IMG/VR virus record: IMGVR_UViG_2859180793_000001
Location: 2,529-66,528 of that record
Reading direction: 5' to 3' (one strand)
DNA length: 64,000 nt
From: a virus
Taxonomy: Duplodnaviria > Heunggongvirae > Uroviricota > Caudoviricetes
Of the stretch, positions 35,832-44,603 are shown piece by piece. Positions within the stretch are counted from its first letter, which is position 1; every line of letters begins with the position of its first letter. The position numbers were made by a program, and so were the translations under genes. Below the pieces are notes generated by a model that searched no databases, was not told the DNA's origin, and worked only from the letters and a program-made list of their open reading frames with translations.

Positions 35832-35868
35832 CAGCCCCTCCGCCTCACGGTCGAGGGGCTTTTTCTTT
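35832..35868 (+). terminator. rho-independent terminator
   Basis: AGCCCCTC ... GAGGGGCT stem followed by TTTTTCTTT. Confidence 0.65.
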
Positions 35869-35994
35869 GTGCGCTGCGCACGCGCAAGACGCGATCAGGA
35901 CACGGCTCAGATCGCGCTACAGCGCAGCCATTCGCGTGCGCGCATGCACAGACATGCGGTCAATGCAGAGGCAATTTTTGATGCGGTGGAGATA

Positions 35995-36013
35995 AGTCAA
36001 CGCTGACTATAAT
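35995..36013 (+). promoter_or_regulatory. palindromic promoter-like element AGTCAACGCTGACT+TATAAT
   Basis: Consensus copy, 55 nt upstream of the kinase-like gene. Confidence 0.6.
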
Positions 36014-36067
36014 TCCCAGCGTCTGCGCATCAGAATTGATGCATCGAAACACACAAGAAGGGGCCTC

Positions 36068-36691
36068 ATGGGATTCCGCATTCTGCATCTGAACGATCCG
36101 ACTGTTCGCAAACTGCGCCAAGAATCGCCGCTGCGAAACAAGCCTCTCATCGGGCGCGGCATGTTCGGCGCGGCTTTCGACAACGGCGACACCATTCTCA
36201 AGCTCACGGTGGACGAGGCCGCCTACATGCTGGCGACCGACTGGGTGGTGCGGCCTGACGGTGAGCACTTCCCCAAGACCGTCCACAACTACGGGTGGAT
36301 GGGCGAGCACGCCGGTGGTTACTCCATCTACCTCTACGAGGTCGAGAAGCTGGCCAAGCTCGAAGCCGGTAGCGAGCAGCGGAAGTTGGCTCGCCGCCTG
36401 GTGACGCAAGTCGGCGGCAGCGTGAGGAACAGCTGGCACCGCGCACGCGCCGCGCAGGAGGCGCTGGATCTGCACGGCAAGGACAAGACGCTGCCGGAGT
36501 CCATCCGCGACACGTTGCTGCGCCTCTCGGCGTTCCTCGACAACGTGGGCGAGCACTGTGGCTTGGACCTGCACCTGGGCAACTTCATGGTCAGGCCGAG
36601 CAGCGGCACGCTGATCTTCAACGATCCAGTGTGCGACTACCGCACCTGGAATCGCCGCATCCAGCTGAACAAGCGCCGATTCGGCTTCTGA
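36068..36691 (+). CDS. protein kinase-like / aminoglycoside-phosphotransferase-fold protein
   Basis: Gly-rich loop LIGRGMFGAAF followed by ILKL (Lys). Catalytic-loop-like GLDLHLGNFMV (compare HGDLHPGN of the APH/ChoK family). Confidence 0.45.
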   Translation: MGFRILHLNDPTVRKLRQESPLRNKPLIGRGMFGAAFDNGDTILKLTVDEAAYMLATDWVVRPDGEHFPKTVHNYGWMGEHAGGYSIYLYEVEKLAKLEAGSEQRKLARRLVTQVGGSVRNSWHRARAAQEALDLHGKDKTLPESIRDTLLRLSAFLDNVGEHCGLDLHLGNFMVRPSSGTLIFNDPVCDYRTWNRRIQLNKRRFGF

Positions 36692-36755
36692 GCGGTTCCC
36701 ACCCACACCCCTTCGTCGGGTTCAGACAATCAAAGCACGACAAACAATCACAGAG

Positions 36756-37166
36756 GTGACACACATGGACGAATCGACCCCGGTCTACCGATACACCCGC
36801 GCGATGGCCATCGCCGACGGCGTGCTGGTGGACGTGACACCGGACGCGAAGAATCTCGGCTTCGTGTTTCCGGTGGCCATCTCGCAGGCCGCGTATGGCG
36901 CGGTGGTGGCCTGGACAGAGGAAGACAGCAAGCGCAAGCCCAACTTGGGCCAGAGCGACGCCGGCCGCCTGCACGACGTGCTCTTCATGCTGCACGCGGC
37001 CATTGTCACCGCGCAGGTCACGGACACCCTGATGTTCTACGTCCTGGCCGTGCCGCGTGACCAGTCGCGCCAGACGGACCCGGTGCGCCACAAGCTGAAG
37101 GCGGTGGTTGGACCTGGCGACAACGGCGAGGGCGTCATCACCATCATGCTGCCGGACGAGGACTGA
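36756..37166 (+). CDS. hypothetical protein
   Basis: 136 aa. Confidence 0.45.
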   Translation: MTHMDESTPVYRYTRAMAIADGVLVDVTPDAKNLGFVFPVAISQAAYGAVVAWTEEDSKRKPNLGQSDAGRLHDVLFMLHAAIVTAQVTDTLMFYVLAVPRDQSRQTDPVRHKLKAVVGPGDNGEGVITIMLPDED

Positions 37167-37168
37167 TC

Positions 37169-37423
37169 GTGCTCACACAGGCGCAACTGGACACGGTGGC
37201 CGAGCTTCACAAGAAGCTGGAGGCCACAAAGCGATCGGCCCGGGGTCCGATCTTCGATCAACTGGACAAGATCCTCACGCCGGTTCTCAAGGCGGCGCAG
37301 ACGGCCAAGCAGGAGCAGATTGAGGGGTGGATCGCCTCGCTGCCGCTCGGCTTCTACCGCGCCGAACTGCGTGTGGTGGCCATCCACAGATTTAGCAAAA
37401 AGGAAGAGGAGCAAGCGGCATGA
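37169..37423 (+). CDS. hypothetical protein
   Basis: GTG start. 84 aa. Confidence 0.4.
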   Translation: MLTQAQLDTVAELHKKLEATKRSARGPIFDQLDKILTPVLKAAQTAKQEQIEGWIASLPLGFYRAELRVVAIHRFSKKEEEQAA

Positions 37424-37884
37424 GTCGAAGCATGTATGGCTATTTCGACAAGCAGGGCGACGGCATTTCGCACGGCGAGTGGCTCGCCCTGACCAAAGAC
37501 CCCGCGTATGTCCTGCTGCGGCAATACGACAACGGCCAGGTGCGCGCCACTGTGACCTGGGAGGGCAAGGTGCTCAACCCGCAGAACATGCTGCCGGACT
37601 ACTATCCGGTCCTGCGCCTGTCGGTGAGCAACTACGCCAGCGACGGCAGCCGCCGGCCGGACCCGGTGGAGGATGGCAAGACGTTCCCCAACGAGACGGC
37701 TGCGGTAGCCGCCTACGAGGAGTTCCTGGAGCGCTGGACAGCCAGCCACCGCGTCGAAGACGGGCAGACCGGCGAGTCCGAGTTCGTGGAGGTAGACAAC
37801 GACCTCGCGCCGCCTCCGCCGCCCGACAAGGATGCGCCCATGTCGACGGTGCCTGACGACGATGATGGCGTCGGCGCCTGGTAG
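37420..37884 (+). CDS. hypothetical protein (ends ...DDDDGVGAW)
   Basis: 154 aa. Confidence 0.45.
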   Translation: MSRSMYGYFDKQGDGISHGEWLALTKDPAYVLLRQYDNGQVRATVTWEGKVLNPQNMLPDYYPVLRLSVSNYASDGSRRPDPVEDGKTFPNETAAVAAYEEFLERWTASHRVEDGQTGESEFVEVDNDLAPPPPPDKDAPMSTVPDDDDGVGAW

Positions 37885-37902
37885 CAAAGCACGCCTTCAC
37901 AA

Positions 37903-37925
37903 AGCCGGCCAAGCTCCGGCTTTTT
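37903..37925 (+). terminator. rho-independent terminator
   Basis: AGCCGG-ccaagct-CCGGCT hairpin followed by TTTTT. Confidence 0.6.
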
Positions 37926-37993
37926 AACGGCCTGATCGCAATAATTGGATGCGTCCGCAGCGATGTGCCTGCGTTCATTTTGCGAGGCCAATC

Positions 37994-38965
37994 ATGACAG
38001 TCACAGCGGCGCTTCCGCGTCCGACAATCGCCATCGTCAACCACGACGATCTACCCACCGGCGGCACCAAACTGAGCAGCAAGCGGCTGCCGTCCGACAT
38101 TGAAATCATCCTCATGCGCCCGAGCGAATGGGCGGCCGTGCCGTGCATCGACGTGCAGCGGGACACCACCCGTCACGCGGCCAGGATCGAGCCCCACATG
38201 CGCGAGTTCCTGAGCCCACATCGGGAGGTGCAGGCCGCGCGGCTGCCTGACGGCTCGATGGTCAAGCTCAATGGCCACAGCCGCGACCTGCTGTGGCAAG
38301 AGGGGCGCATCCCCGTGCCTGACACCCTGCTGGTGACGGTTCACTCGGTCGCCGACATGGCGCACGCCCGTCGCCTTTACTGGGCCTACGACAATGCCTC
38401 GGCAGTCGAGACACCCACGGACAAGGTGTTCGGGGCGTGCCGGCGCCTGGGTATGGAGTTCACTTCGTCTTACTGCAAGGAGATGCGGTTCAGCGCCGCG
38501 CTGGCCGCCATTTCACCCAAGCACCTGAAGGAGAAGGACCAGCGCATCGAGTATTGGCAGGAGGAACTGAAGGCGCTCGACAGCCTTGGCGTGAACCGCT
38601 CCACCTTCATCAACCCGGTCACGTCGATCTTCCTGCTGACCATGCGCAAGTATGGCGACGGCGCCTTGGTGTTCTGGATGACGTTCTCGGAGCGGGGCGG
38701 GGTGAAGGACGAGGCCGGCTATGACGCCATTGAGGGCCTGGGTGCCTGGCTCGACGCCAGGAAGAAGGACGGGTGGGGCAACGGCACCAGCCAGAAGCAG
38801 ATCCGCAACGTGGTGCTCGGCGCGTTCATGGCCTGGCACAAGAACAACGGTGTGCGATTCGTCAATCCGAAGGCGCTGGAGAAGCGCGCCTTGGAGCTGA
38901 CCCGGTTCGTCAAGCTGCACGTGTTCACGCAGGCGCGGGATACGGCAGCGGAGCCAGATCAGTAA
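37994..38965 (+). CDS. hypothetical protein (323 aa)
   Basis: ORF with conserved-looking Trp/Tyr-rich core. Function unknown. Confidence 0.5.
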   Translation: MTVTAALPRPTIAIVNHDDLPTGGTKLSSKRLPSDIEIILMRPSEWAAVPCIDVQRDTTRHAARIEPHMREFLSPHREVQAARLPDGSMVKLNGHSRDLLWQEGRIPVPDTLLVTVHSVADMAHARRLYWAYDNASAVETPTDKVFGACRRLGMEFTSSYCKEMRFSAALAAISPKHLKEKDQRIEYWQEELKALDSLGVNRSTFINPVTSIFLLTMRKYGDGALVFWMTFSERGGVKDEAGYDAIEGLGAWLDARKKDGWGNGTSQKQIRNVVLGAFMAWHKNNGVRFVNPKALEKRALELTRFVKLHVFTQARDTAAEPDQ

Positions 38966-38973
38966 GTTGGAAG

Positions 38974-39000
38974 AGAGCCGCGTGGCAGTCGCGCGGCTCT
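38974..39000. terminator. bidirectional hairpin between convergent genes
   Basis: AGAGCCGCG ... CGCGGCTCT 9-bp stem with a 9-nt loop and no U-tract. Separates the plus gene (ends 38965) from the minus gene (ends 39016). Confidence 0.45.
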
Positions 39001-39015
39001 ATCAAGGCTCACGCC

Positions 39016-39294
39016 TTAGTCAAACACGTTCCGAGGCGTGCATAGGACGCGCGTAATTTGTCCCGTGAACTCCCAGGCATCGTTGAAAACAGGAATCACG
39101 CAGATGTGGGTGATTGTCCAGGTTTCCGTGATGCCGAGGGTCTTGTTTGCACGCGCCGGCAGCTTCGCGACACCGCCAATTTGCAGATGGGCCAACGGAG
39201 CATTGGTCGAGTAGGAGAAGAATGCCTCATGCTTTCCAACATCGTTCAGTCCGTAGAATTCGTAGGTGTAATTTTGACGGCTATTGTCGCTCAC
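39016..39294 (-). CDS. hypothetical protein (92 aa) in lower-GC island
   Basis: Minus-strand ORF in a region where GC drops to roughly 52-55%. Confidence 0.4.
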   Translation of the reverse strand: MSDNSRQNYTYEFYGLNDVGKHEAFFSYSTNAPLAHLQIGGVAKLPARANKTLGITETWTITHICVIPVFNDAWEFTGQITRVLCTPRNVFD

Positions 39295-39343
39295 AGATTC
39301 TCCTATTGAGGTGGGGTTGTGCTGAGTATAGGCGCGCTACCAA

Positions 39344-39658
39344 TTACGCCTTATTGCTTGGGTCGGTGAGTTGTTTGGGGTGTGACAGGAGAACGCGGGT
39401 AACTTCGCTGGCGAAGCCGCCGCTTAATCGGGCTCCCGATAGGACTTCCTGAATGCGATATTTTGTGGCCACAGTTTCTGTGCGGGCGCGCAGGGCATCT
39501 CTGTCGACTGCCCCTAGATGAATCACCTTTTCGAGGACAAAATCCTTGCCCTCTTCAATGCCCGATAGGCTGTTCTCTGCCTTGATCTCGGCGACGATCA
39601 CCGGCTCCCCATCAGGCCCGTTTTGGCCAACTTCCAAGAAGTAGTAGTAATGCGGCAC
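39344..39658 (-). CDS. hypothetical protein (104 aa) in lower-GC island
   Basis: Minus-strand ORF with a GGAGG RBS. Upstream partner of 39016..39294. Confidence 0.4.
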   Translation of the reverse strand: MPHYYYFLEVGQNGPDGEPVIVAEIKAENSLSGIEEGKDFVLEKVIHLGAVDRDALRARTETVATKYRIQEVLSGARLSGGFASEVTRVLLSHPKQLTDPSNKA

Positions 39659-39816
39659 GTTGCCTCCATAATCGAACGTGCAAGCCTAGCCGTTTGCCAG
39701 CCTATTTTCCACCCGCCTCATACCCCTTCCTAGTGGGGTGTGATATTCGCGCGCGCACGCACTCTGATCTAGTCGGTCAGCCCGCCACCCCAACCACGTC
39801 TCCAGCCTCCCACCGG

Positions 39817-39853
39817 CTATCCCCTGGGGTGCGTCTCTACTATTCACACATCG
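39817..39853 (+). promoter_or_regulatory. 37-bp conserved element, copy 2 (CTATCCCCTGGGGTGCGTCTCTACTATTCACACATCG)
   Basis: Matches 3281..3319. About 140 nt upstream of ATG 39996. Confidence 0.5.
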
Positions 39854-39995
39854 ACTGACGCAACGCAGAAACAGCGCAGCGATGCGGTGAAAAAAGGTCT
39901 CCAGCAAACGCGATTGAGACTCCATAAGCCGGTTTTTAAAGTAACAACTGTCAACGCAATAACGCAGAGACAGACACACATGAAAGGTGAAAATT

Positions 39996-40913
39996 ATGGC
40001 AAAGCGCAACAACAAGAACGCTCAACTGAACATGTCGATGGGCGAAAACCTGGGTGCAATCATCGACGGCGCCAACGTCGATGAAAGCGCGATCCTCGAC
40101 TCGCTTCTGGAGGAAGTGTCGGGCGAGTCGAGCGCACCAGTGGAAGCCGCTGACGAGATCGTGGAAGCTGCCGATGACACGCCAGTGATCCCCGAAACCG
40201 AAATCGAGCCCGCCGTCGCGGCTGCCGACGACACGCCGGCCGATGCCGAAGCTCCGGCAGTGGATGCAGCGGCAGTGCCCGAAGAGGATCTGGAAGCCGC
40301 GCTGATCGGCATCGAGATCCAGGAAGCCACGCAAGCCGCCTACGCCGAAGCGGGCGATGCGGCCGACGAGGGCAGCGACGCTGACAAGCCCAAGACCGAC
40401 GAAGCGGCCGCAGCCGACACGAGCGCAGCGCCCAAGAAGGAAAAGGTCCGTCACGGCCCGCCGCTCACCAAGTCGCAGAAGGTCGTGGCCAAGCTGGGCG
40501 AGCGTGCGTCGGAGTTCCTTCTGCTGGAAATCAACGACGCCAGCCTGGACGAGGAGGCGCTCAAGCTGCGCCAGGAAGAGGTGCTGGCCGAAGTGGACGG
40601 CCTCGCCAAGAAGGTCGCCGAGAAGGCCACGATGCTCTTCGGTTGGCTCAAGAACGGGGGCAAGCTCAACGAGGTGATGCAGCGGACCTTCAAGGTGCTG
40701 ATCGAGGAGGGCGAAATCACGTCGGGCGTGAAGGGCAACCTCCAGTCGAACCTGTTGGCCAAGCCGTATAGCGCAGGCACCGCTGCCAGCCAGGCGAACC
40801 AGATGTTCATGCTGCTGCCGGCCCTCAAGGTCACGAAGAAAGAGAAGGGCCGCATGGTCGCCAATCCCGACTCGCTGATCTTGGCGAAGGCGAAGGCCGA
40901 GCTGGGCCTGTGA
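39996..40913 (+). CDS. hypothetical acidic protein
   Basis: ATG 39996 (GTG at 39987 is also in frame). Asp/Glu/Ala-rich N-terminal half. Conserved C-terminal about 120 aa. Confidence 0.5.
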   Translation: MAKRNNKNAQLNMSMGENLGAIIDGANVDESAILDSLLEEVSGESSAPVEAADEIVEAADDTPVIPETEIEPAVAAADDTPADAEAPAVDAAAVPEEDLEAALIGIEIQEATQAAYAEAGDAADEGSDADKPKTDEAAAADTSAAPKKEKVRHGPPLTKSQKVVAKLGERASEFLLLEINDASLDEEALKLRQEEVLAEVDGLAKKVAEKATMLFGWLKNGGKLNEVMQRTFKVLIEEGEITSGVKGNLQSNLLAKPYSAGTAASQANQMFMLLPALKVTKKEKGRMVANPDSLILAKAKAELGL

Positions 40914-41326
40914 TGGGCGAGGGGAGGGGCGACCCTCCCTCGATACGCAAGCCGCTTGCTTGCCAGGCGGCTTTCGCATCGACACCGGAGAACATCGTGG
41001 ACTTTTCCAAGCTCAATTCGCTATCAACCGACACCCTGCGCGCCATGAACTCGCACATCGTTGGCCTGATTCGTCAGCGACAGGCGATGGAACAGATGCA
41101 GGCCGGCTCAAAGCTGCGCATCGGCGGCAAGGCCATGTTCACGCATAGCAGGACCGGCGCACGTCACGCCATCGTGATCGACAAGATCAACACCAAGACG
41201 GTCGTGGGTAGGGAGCTGAACCCGGACGGCACCACGCGCATGACGTGGAAGGTCAGCCCGACGCTTCTCACCCTGGTGGACGATCGGCCCAAGACAACCG
41301 GCGCAGGGGTTGGCGCCTCCTGGTAG
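40913..41326 (+). CDS. hypothetical protein (ends ...GVGASW)
   Basis: Start uncertain (GTG 40910, ATG 40913, or downstream). Confidence 0.35.
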   Translation: MGEGRGDPPSIRKPLACQAAFASTPENIVDFSKLNSLSTDTLRAMNSHIVGLIRQRQAMEQMQAGSKLRIGGKAMFTHSRTGARHAIVIDKINTKTVVGRELNPDGTTRMTWKVSPTLLTLVDDRPKTTGAGVGASW

Positions 41327-41558
41327 GGAAAACTTTCAACCTCGCAGTGTGTGTGTTTTTGAGGAGTCTGACCGTCCCGTCGGACTCCTTCTTTTTGCAG
41401 CGCTCACGCCTTGGGCTCGCAGAACGCCCGCCCACCAGAAACGTTGGTGTGACGCGAATCGAAAGCGGTTGATGCTCGACCATGTGCGAAAGCGAAACGC
41501 GCTGGCCTGTGCGTCAGAACGCGCGGCCAATCAGGGGCGCTTTTTGCTTGCAAAACAC

Positions 41559-41577
41559 AGTCAACGCTGACTATACT
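41559..41577 (+). promoter_or_regulatory. palindromic promoter-like element AGTCAACGCTGACT+TATACT
   Basis: Plus-oriented. The downstream region is antisense to the hxlR-like gene. Confidence 0.5.
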
Positions 41578-41670
41578 TCGCGCCGTTGGTGATGATGATG
41601 ATGCCGCTGACGTTCCTGGTGCGGGTTGCGATGATCTTTCTTTGAGCAGTGACGTGCGGCAGGCGTCGGT

Positions 41671-42129
41671 TTAGACCGAGCGCTCGGTAGGGCGCATCAG
41701 CATGTCGGAAGGGGCCGTGAGGTTGCCGTCCTCGTCGACGAGCGCAGCGCGCACCTTCAGGCCGGTCATGCGGCTGCGAACTTCGGCGGGACCGATTCCG
41801 GTTTCGGTAAGGTGAGCATCGCCCCACTGCATGAGCCCCACCAGCACCGGTAGAAGCTCCACTGCGGCGCGCGTGGGCCGGTATTCGAAGCGTTCGCGGT
41901 CGCCAGGGTCTCGGTAGGGAGTTCGCCGCAGCAGACCGGCGCTCACCAGTGCCTTGAGGCGATTGGAGAGAACCGCAGTCGAGCATTGAAGACGCTCCTG
42001 GAAATCATCGAAGCGACGAACGCCGGAAAACACGTCTCGGAGGACGAGCAAGGTCCACTTCTCGCCGACCAGTTTGAGGGCGGCAGCGATGGAGCAGTTT
42101 TCGAGGTCTACGGGGAGCCGATCGGACAT
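41671..42129 (-). CDS. HxlR-family winged-helix transcriptional regulator
   Basis: CSIAAALKLVGEKWTLLVLRDVFSGVRRFDDFQERL matches the HxlR/MarR-type HTH signature. Confidence 0.7.
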   Translation of the reverse strand: MSDRLPVDLENCSIAAALKLVGEKWTLLVLRDVFSGVRRFDDFQERLQCSTAVLSNRLKALVSAGLLRRTPYRDPGDRERFEYRPTRAAVELLPVLVGLMQWGDAHLTETGIGPAEVRSRMTGLKVRAALVDEDGNLTAPSDMLMRPTERSV

Positions 42130-42172
42130 GGTTTCTTAACGATAGCACCCTGACTTTAACAACGAAAGGCAT

Positions 42173-42358
42173 ATGAACAAAGCAGCACTGCGTCAATTGG
42201 CCGTCGCCATCGTGCGGATGCAGGACGACATGCGTAAGGCGGGCGGAATCAAGCCAAAGAAGCCCCGCGCGCCGATCCCGCCTGTGGTCCGCCAGCGTGA
42301 CCGAAAGAACGACTTCCAGCGCAGGCCGAAGCACAGCAGGGACTCCGAACTATTCTGA
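42173..42358 (+). CDS. hypothetical small basic protein (61 aa)
   Basis: Preceded by a half-motif CCCTGACTTTAACAA. Confidence 0.4.
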   Translation: MNKAALRQLAVAIVRMQDDMRKAGGIKPKKPRAPIPPVVRQRDRKNDFQRRPKHSRDSELF

Positions 42359-42395
42359 TTGGGGCGGCGCAGGCGGCCTTTTTCTGGAGTTAGAA

Positions 42396-42599
42396 ATGGC
42401 ACTGTCCTCCGACGACTGGAAGCAGAAAGTGGTGGAGCAAGGGCTGACGATCTGCCCGGTTTGCGAGTCCTCCAAGATCACCTATGGCGCCTGTGGTGTA
42501 GGAGCTTTCTTGGTGAGGCAGGAATACGTGTGCGAGGCGTGTGGCCATGAATTCGAGGCGCTGTTCACGCTTCTCGGATGCTACGCGGCAAGAGAGTAG
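42396..42599 (+). CDS. hypothetical zinc-ribbon protein (67 aa)
   Basis: CPVCES ... CEACGH. Confidence 0.4.
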   Translation: MALSSDDWKQKVVEQGLTICPVCESSKITYGACGVGAFLVRQEYVCEACGHEFEALFTLLGCYAARE

Positions 42600-42682
42600 G
42601 GAACCGGCTTCCCGCGCTCTATCCCCTCGCTCGCATCAGCACAATGCATCTATCGAAACAACGCGCAGACAGCGAGCCAAAA

Positions 42683-42889
42683 ATGATTACCGAACAGCGA
42701 AAGTCCGAACTGCAACAGAAGGGCTTCTTCGTCGAGGACATGGAGAAGGTCTGGGGTCCGGGTTGGTGGTCGGGAAATTTCCGCTGGATGCGCAAAGACA
42801 GCGACGAGTTCCAGGACGGTGACACCTCCGACAGCGAGGACGCGGCCTGGGTCGATGCTGACCGCTACGCAAAGGAGCTTTGCCTATGA
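42683..42889 (+). CDS. hypothetical protein (68 aa)
   Basis: Small ORF in a compact array. Confidence 0.35.
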   Translation: MITEQRKSELQQKGFFVEDMEKVWGPGWWSGNFRWMRKDSDEFQDGDTSDSEDAAWVDADRYAKELCL

Positions 42890-43302
42890 CCACTGCAACC
42901 CAACAAGTCAGCACTGTGGAAGTGCTGGATACCGTTCTCAAAGCCGCGCGCGGCGTCCTGGAAAGCTGGGAGAGCGGCGACCTGGCCGGCGCCGTGACCC
43001 AACTCGGCATCAGCATCGAGGAAGCCGACTCGCATCTGGATGCTCTGGGCGGCATGGAGTGGCACTTCCCCTACGACACGCCCATTGCGGCCGTGCTGTC
43101 AGCCGCGAAAGCCAACGGTCTGCACAAGGAAGCGCTGGAGCGGCTCGCCTTCGTGATGAGCACGCGCAGCGGCAAGGACGACATTGTGGACGAGATCCTC
43201 ACCGACTTCTTCGAGGAGTTCGACATAAAGGTCAAGCAGCGCGCCCTTGACGGCCTGTGGGGCTGGGCCCTTGAACCCACGCCGGCCGCCGTCACCAACT
43301 GA
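42886..43302 (+). CDS. hypothetical protein (138 aa)
   Basis: ATGA overlap with the upstream gene. Confidence 0.45.
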   Translation: MTTATQQVSTVEVLDTVLKAARGVLESWESGDLAGAVTQLGISIEEADSHLDALGGMEWHFPYDTPIAAVLSAAKANGLHKEALERLAFVMSTRSGKDDIVDEILTDFFEEFDIKVKQRALDGLWGWALEPTPAAVTN

Positions 43303-43330
43303 ATTCCCAACCCAACGAGGAGATCCACTC

Positions 43331-43678
43331 ATGCAACTCCAGCAAGTCGAAACCTTCATCGACAACCTCAACGTCCTGCAAGCCAACGTGCGCGAACTGC
43401 GTCGCATGGCCCAGGCCACCGGAGCGCTCGGTCTGGGCGGCATGTCCGACAAGATCGCCGCCGTCTGCGCGTCCGTCGAGTCGGTCGAGGCCAACATGCG
43501 CGCCCATGCAGCCCATCAGGCCGCTGCCGCGCTGCCCGCCATCATCGAAACGCTGACGGCCGCCACCGCAATGGCCGCACAACAGCCCCAGCCCGTCCGT
43601 CATCCGGCCAGTCTGCCGGAAGTGGCTGTGATGGCCGTCTTCTCCACTGATTTGATGGGCAACGCAAGTCAGCACTGA
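43331..43678 (+). CDS. hypothetical protein (115 aa)
   Basis: GGAG RBS. Confidence 0.45.
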   Translation: MQLQQVETFIDNLNVLQANVRELRRMAQATGALGLGGMSDKIAAVCASVESVEANMRAHAAHQAAAALPAIIETLTAATAMAAQQPQPVRHPASLPEVAVMAVFSTDLMGNASQH

Positions 43679-43685
43679 CTATAAT
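43667..43685 (+). promoter_or_regulatory. palindromic promoter-like element AGTCAGCACTGACT+TATAAT
   Basis: Overlaps the end of gene 43331..43678. Followed 37 nt later by a terminator. Confidence 0.55.
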
Positions 43686-43721
43686 AGAGTCGTAAAGCTG
43701 ATTGTCTCCAATCCTCCAAAC

Positions 43722-43749
43722 GCCAGGGCACCCTCCCTGGCTTTTTTTT
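43722..43749 (+). terminator. rho-independent terminator
   Basis: GCCAGGG-caccct-CCCTGGC hairpin followed by TTTTTTTT. Confidence 0.7.
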
Positions 43750-43910
43750 GCCCTGAGGGCCTAGACGATCACGTATCGCCAATGTTGATACTCCTGTCGT
43801 TCGTTGCTACACTGTATCAACGCTGACGAGTGGCGCTCTCCCGATCTCGCTGGCGGTCTGCGATATGAACAACAAGGCTGCTTCCATAGGCAGCATGAAT
43901 GGAGAAAGTT

Positions 43911-44180
43911 ATGGAGCAAACAGTGAAGCGTTGGGGCAATAGCCTCGCGCTTCGTATCCCCAGCACATTGGCCGACGAGATTCACATCGCCGAAAATTCG
44001 GTGGTGGAACTTAACGTCCGTGATGGGCTGCTCGTGGCAGAAGTGAAGCCTTCGTTCTCCCTCGACGCAGCCCTTAATCTCCTTGAGACCAATCAGGAAC
44101 GACTCGATCCGATGATGGAATGGGGCGCGCCGGTAGGGAGCGAGTGGGGTGGACCGGACGAGGCCGCAAATTCCAAATAA
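43911..44180 (+). CDS. mazE: MazE/AbrB-SpoVT family antitoxin
   Basis: VKRWGNSLALRIPSTLADEIHIAENSVVELNVRDGLLVAEV matches the MazE/ChpS swapped-hairpin domain. ATG 43911 has a GGAGA RBS (ATG 43899 is also in frame). Confidence 0.7.
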   Translation: MEQTVKRWGNSLALRIPSTLADEIHIAENSVVELNVRDGLLVAEVKPSFSLDAALNLLETNQERLDPMMEWGAPVGSEWGGPDEAANSK

Positions 44181-44183
44181 CCA

Positions 44184-44582
44184 ATGCGAAACCTCAAAAC
44201 TTTCAACGTAGAAGTGGATGTGAAGTGGGCCAACGTTCGCAGTCCAGCGGAAGGCGAAATTTGGTGGGTCGATCTGGACCCCACAAAGGGTCACGAACAA
44301 GCAGGCCACCGGCCCGTCGTAGTGTTGTCGCTTCAGCGATTCAATGGCGTCACCAAGCGTTTAATCGGTGTGCCTGTAACGACCAGCATTGCACCGCCAG
44401 GCTCTGGGCGCGCCGCCTTTCAGGTGCCCTTGTCCGGTTGCGAGAAACCTAGCGCAGCGCTGCCCGACCAGATCACGACTCTGGATTGGGAAGCCCGGAA
44501 AGCAACGTTCACCGGGTGGAAGGCAACCGAAGCCGAGATGGACGAAATCTGGCTTCGCATTCGCGGCATTTGTGGCCGATAA
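44184..44582 (+). CDS. mazF: MazF/PemK family endoribonuclease toxin
   Basis: GEIWWVDLDPTKGHEQAGHRPVVVLS...GVPVTTS aligns to MazF DLIWVDFDPTKGSEQAGHRPAVVLS...CVPCTTQ. The start may be GTG at about 44214-44220. Confidence 0.75.
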   Translation: MRNLKTFNVEVDVKWANVRSPAEGEIWWVDLDPTKGHEQAGHRPVVVLSLQRFNGVTKRLIGVPVTTSIAPPGSGRAAFQVPLSGCEKPSAALPDQITTLDWEARKATFTGWKATEAEMDEIWLRIRGICGR

Positions 44583-44603
44583 GCGGTCAAGATTCACCCT
44601 TCA

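Noticed and set aside
41578-41640. tiny hydrophobic ORF (VMMMMPLTFLVRVAMIFL) downstream of motif 41559
   Set aside because: Too short to support. No RBS. May just be the leader of an antisense transcript.
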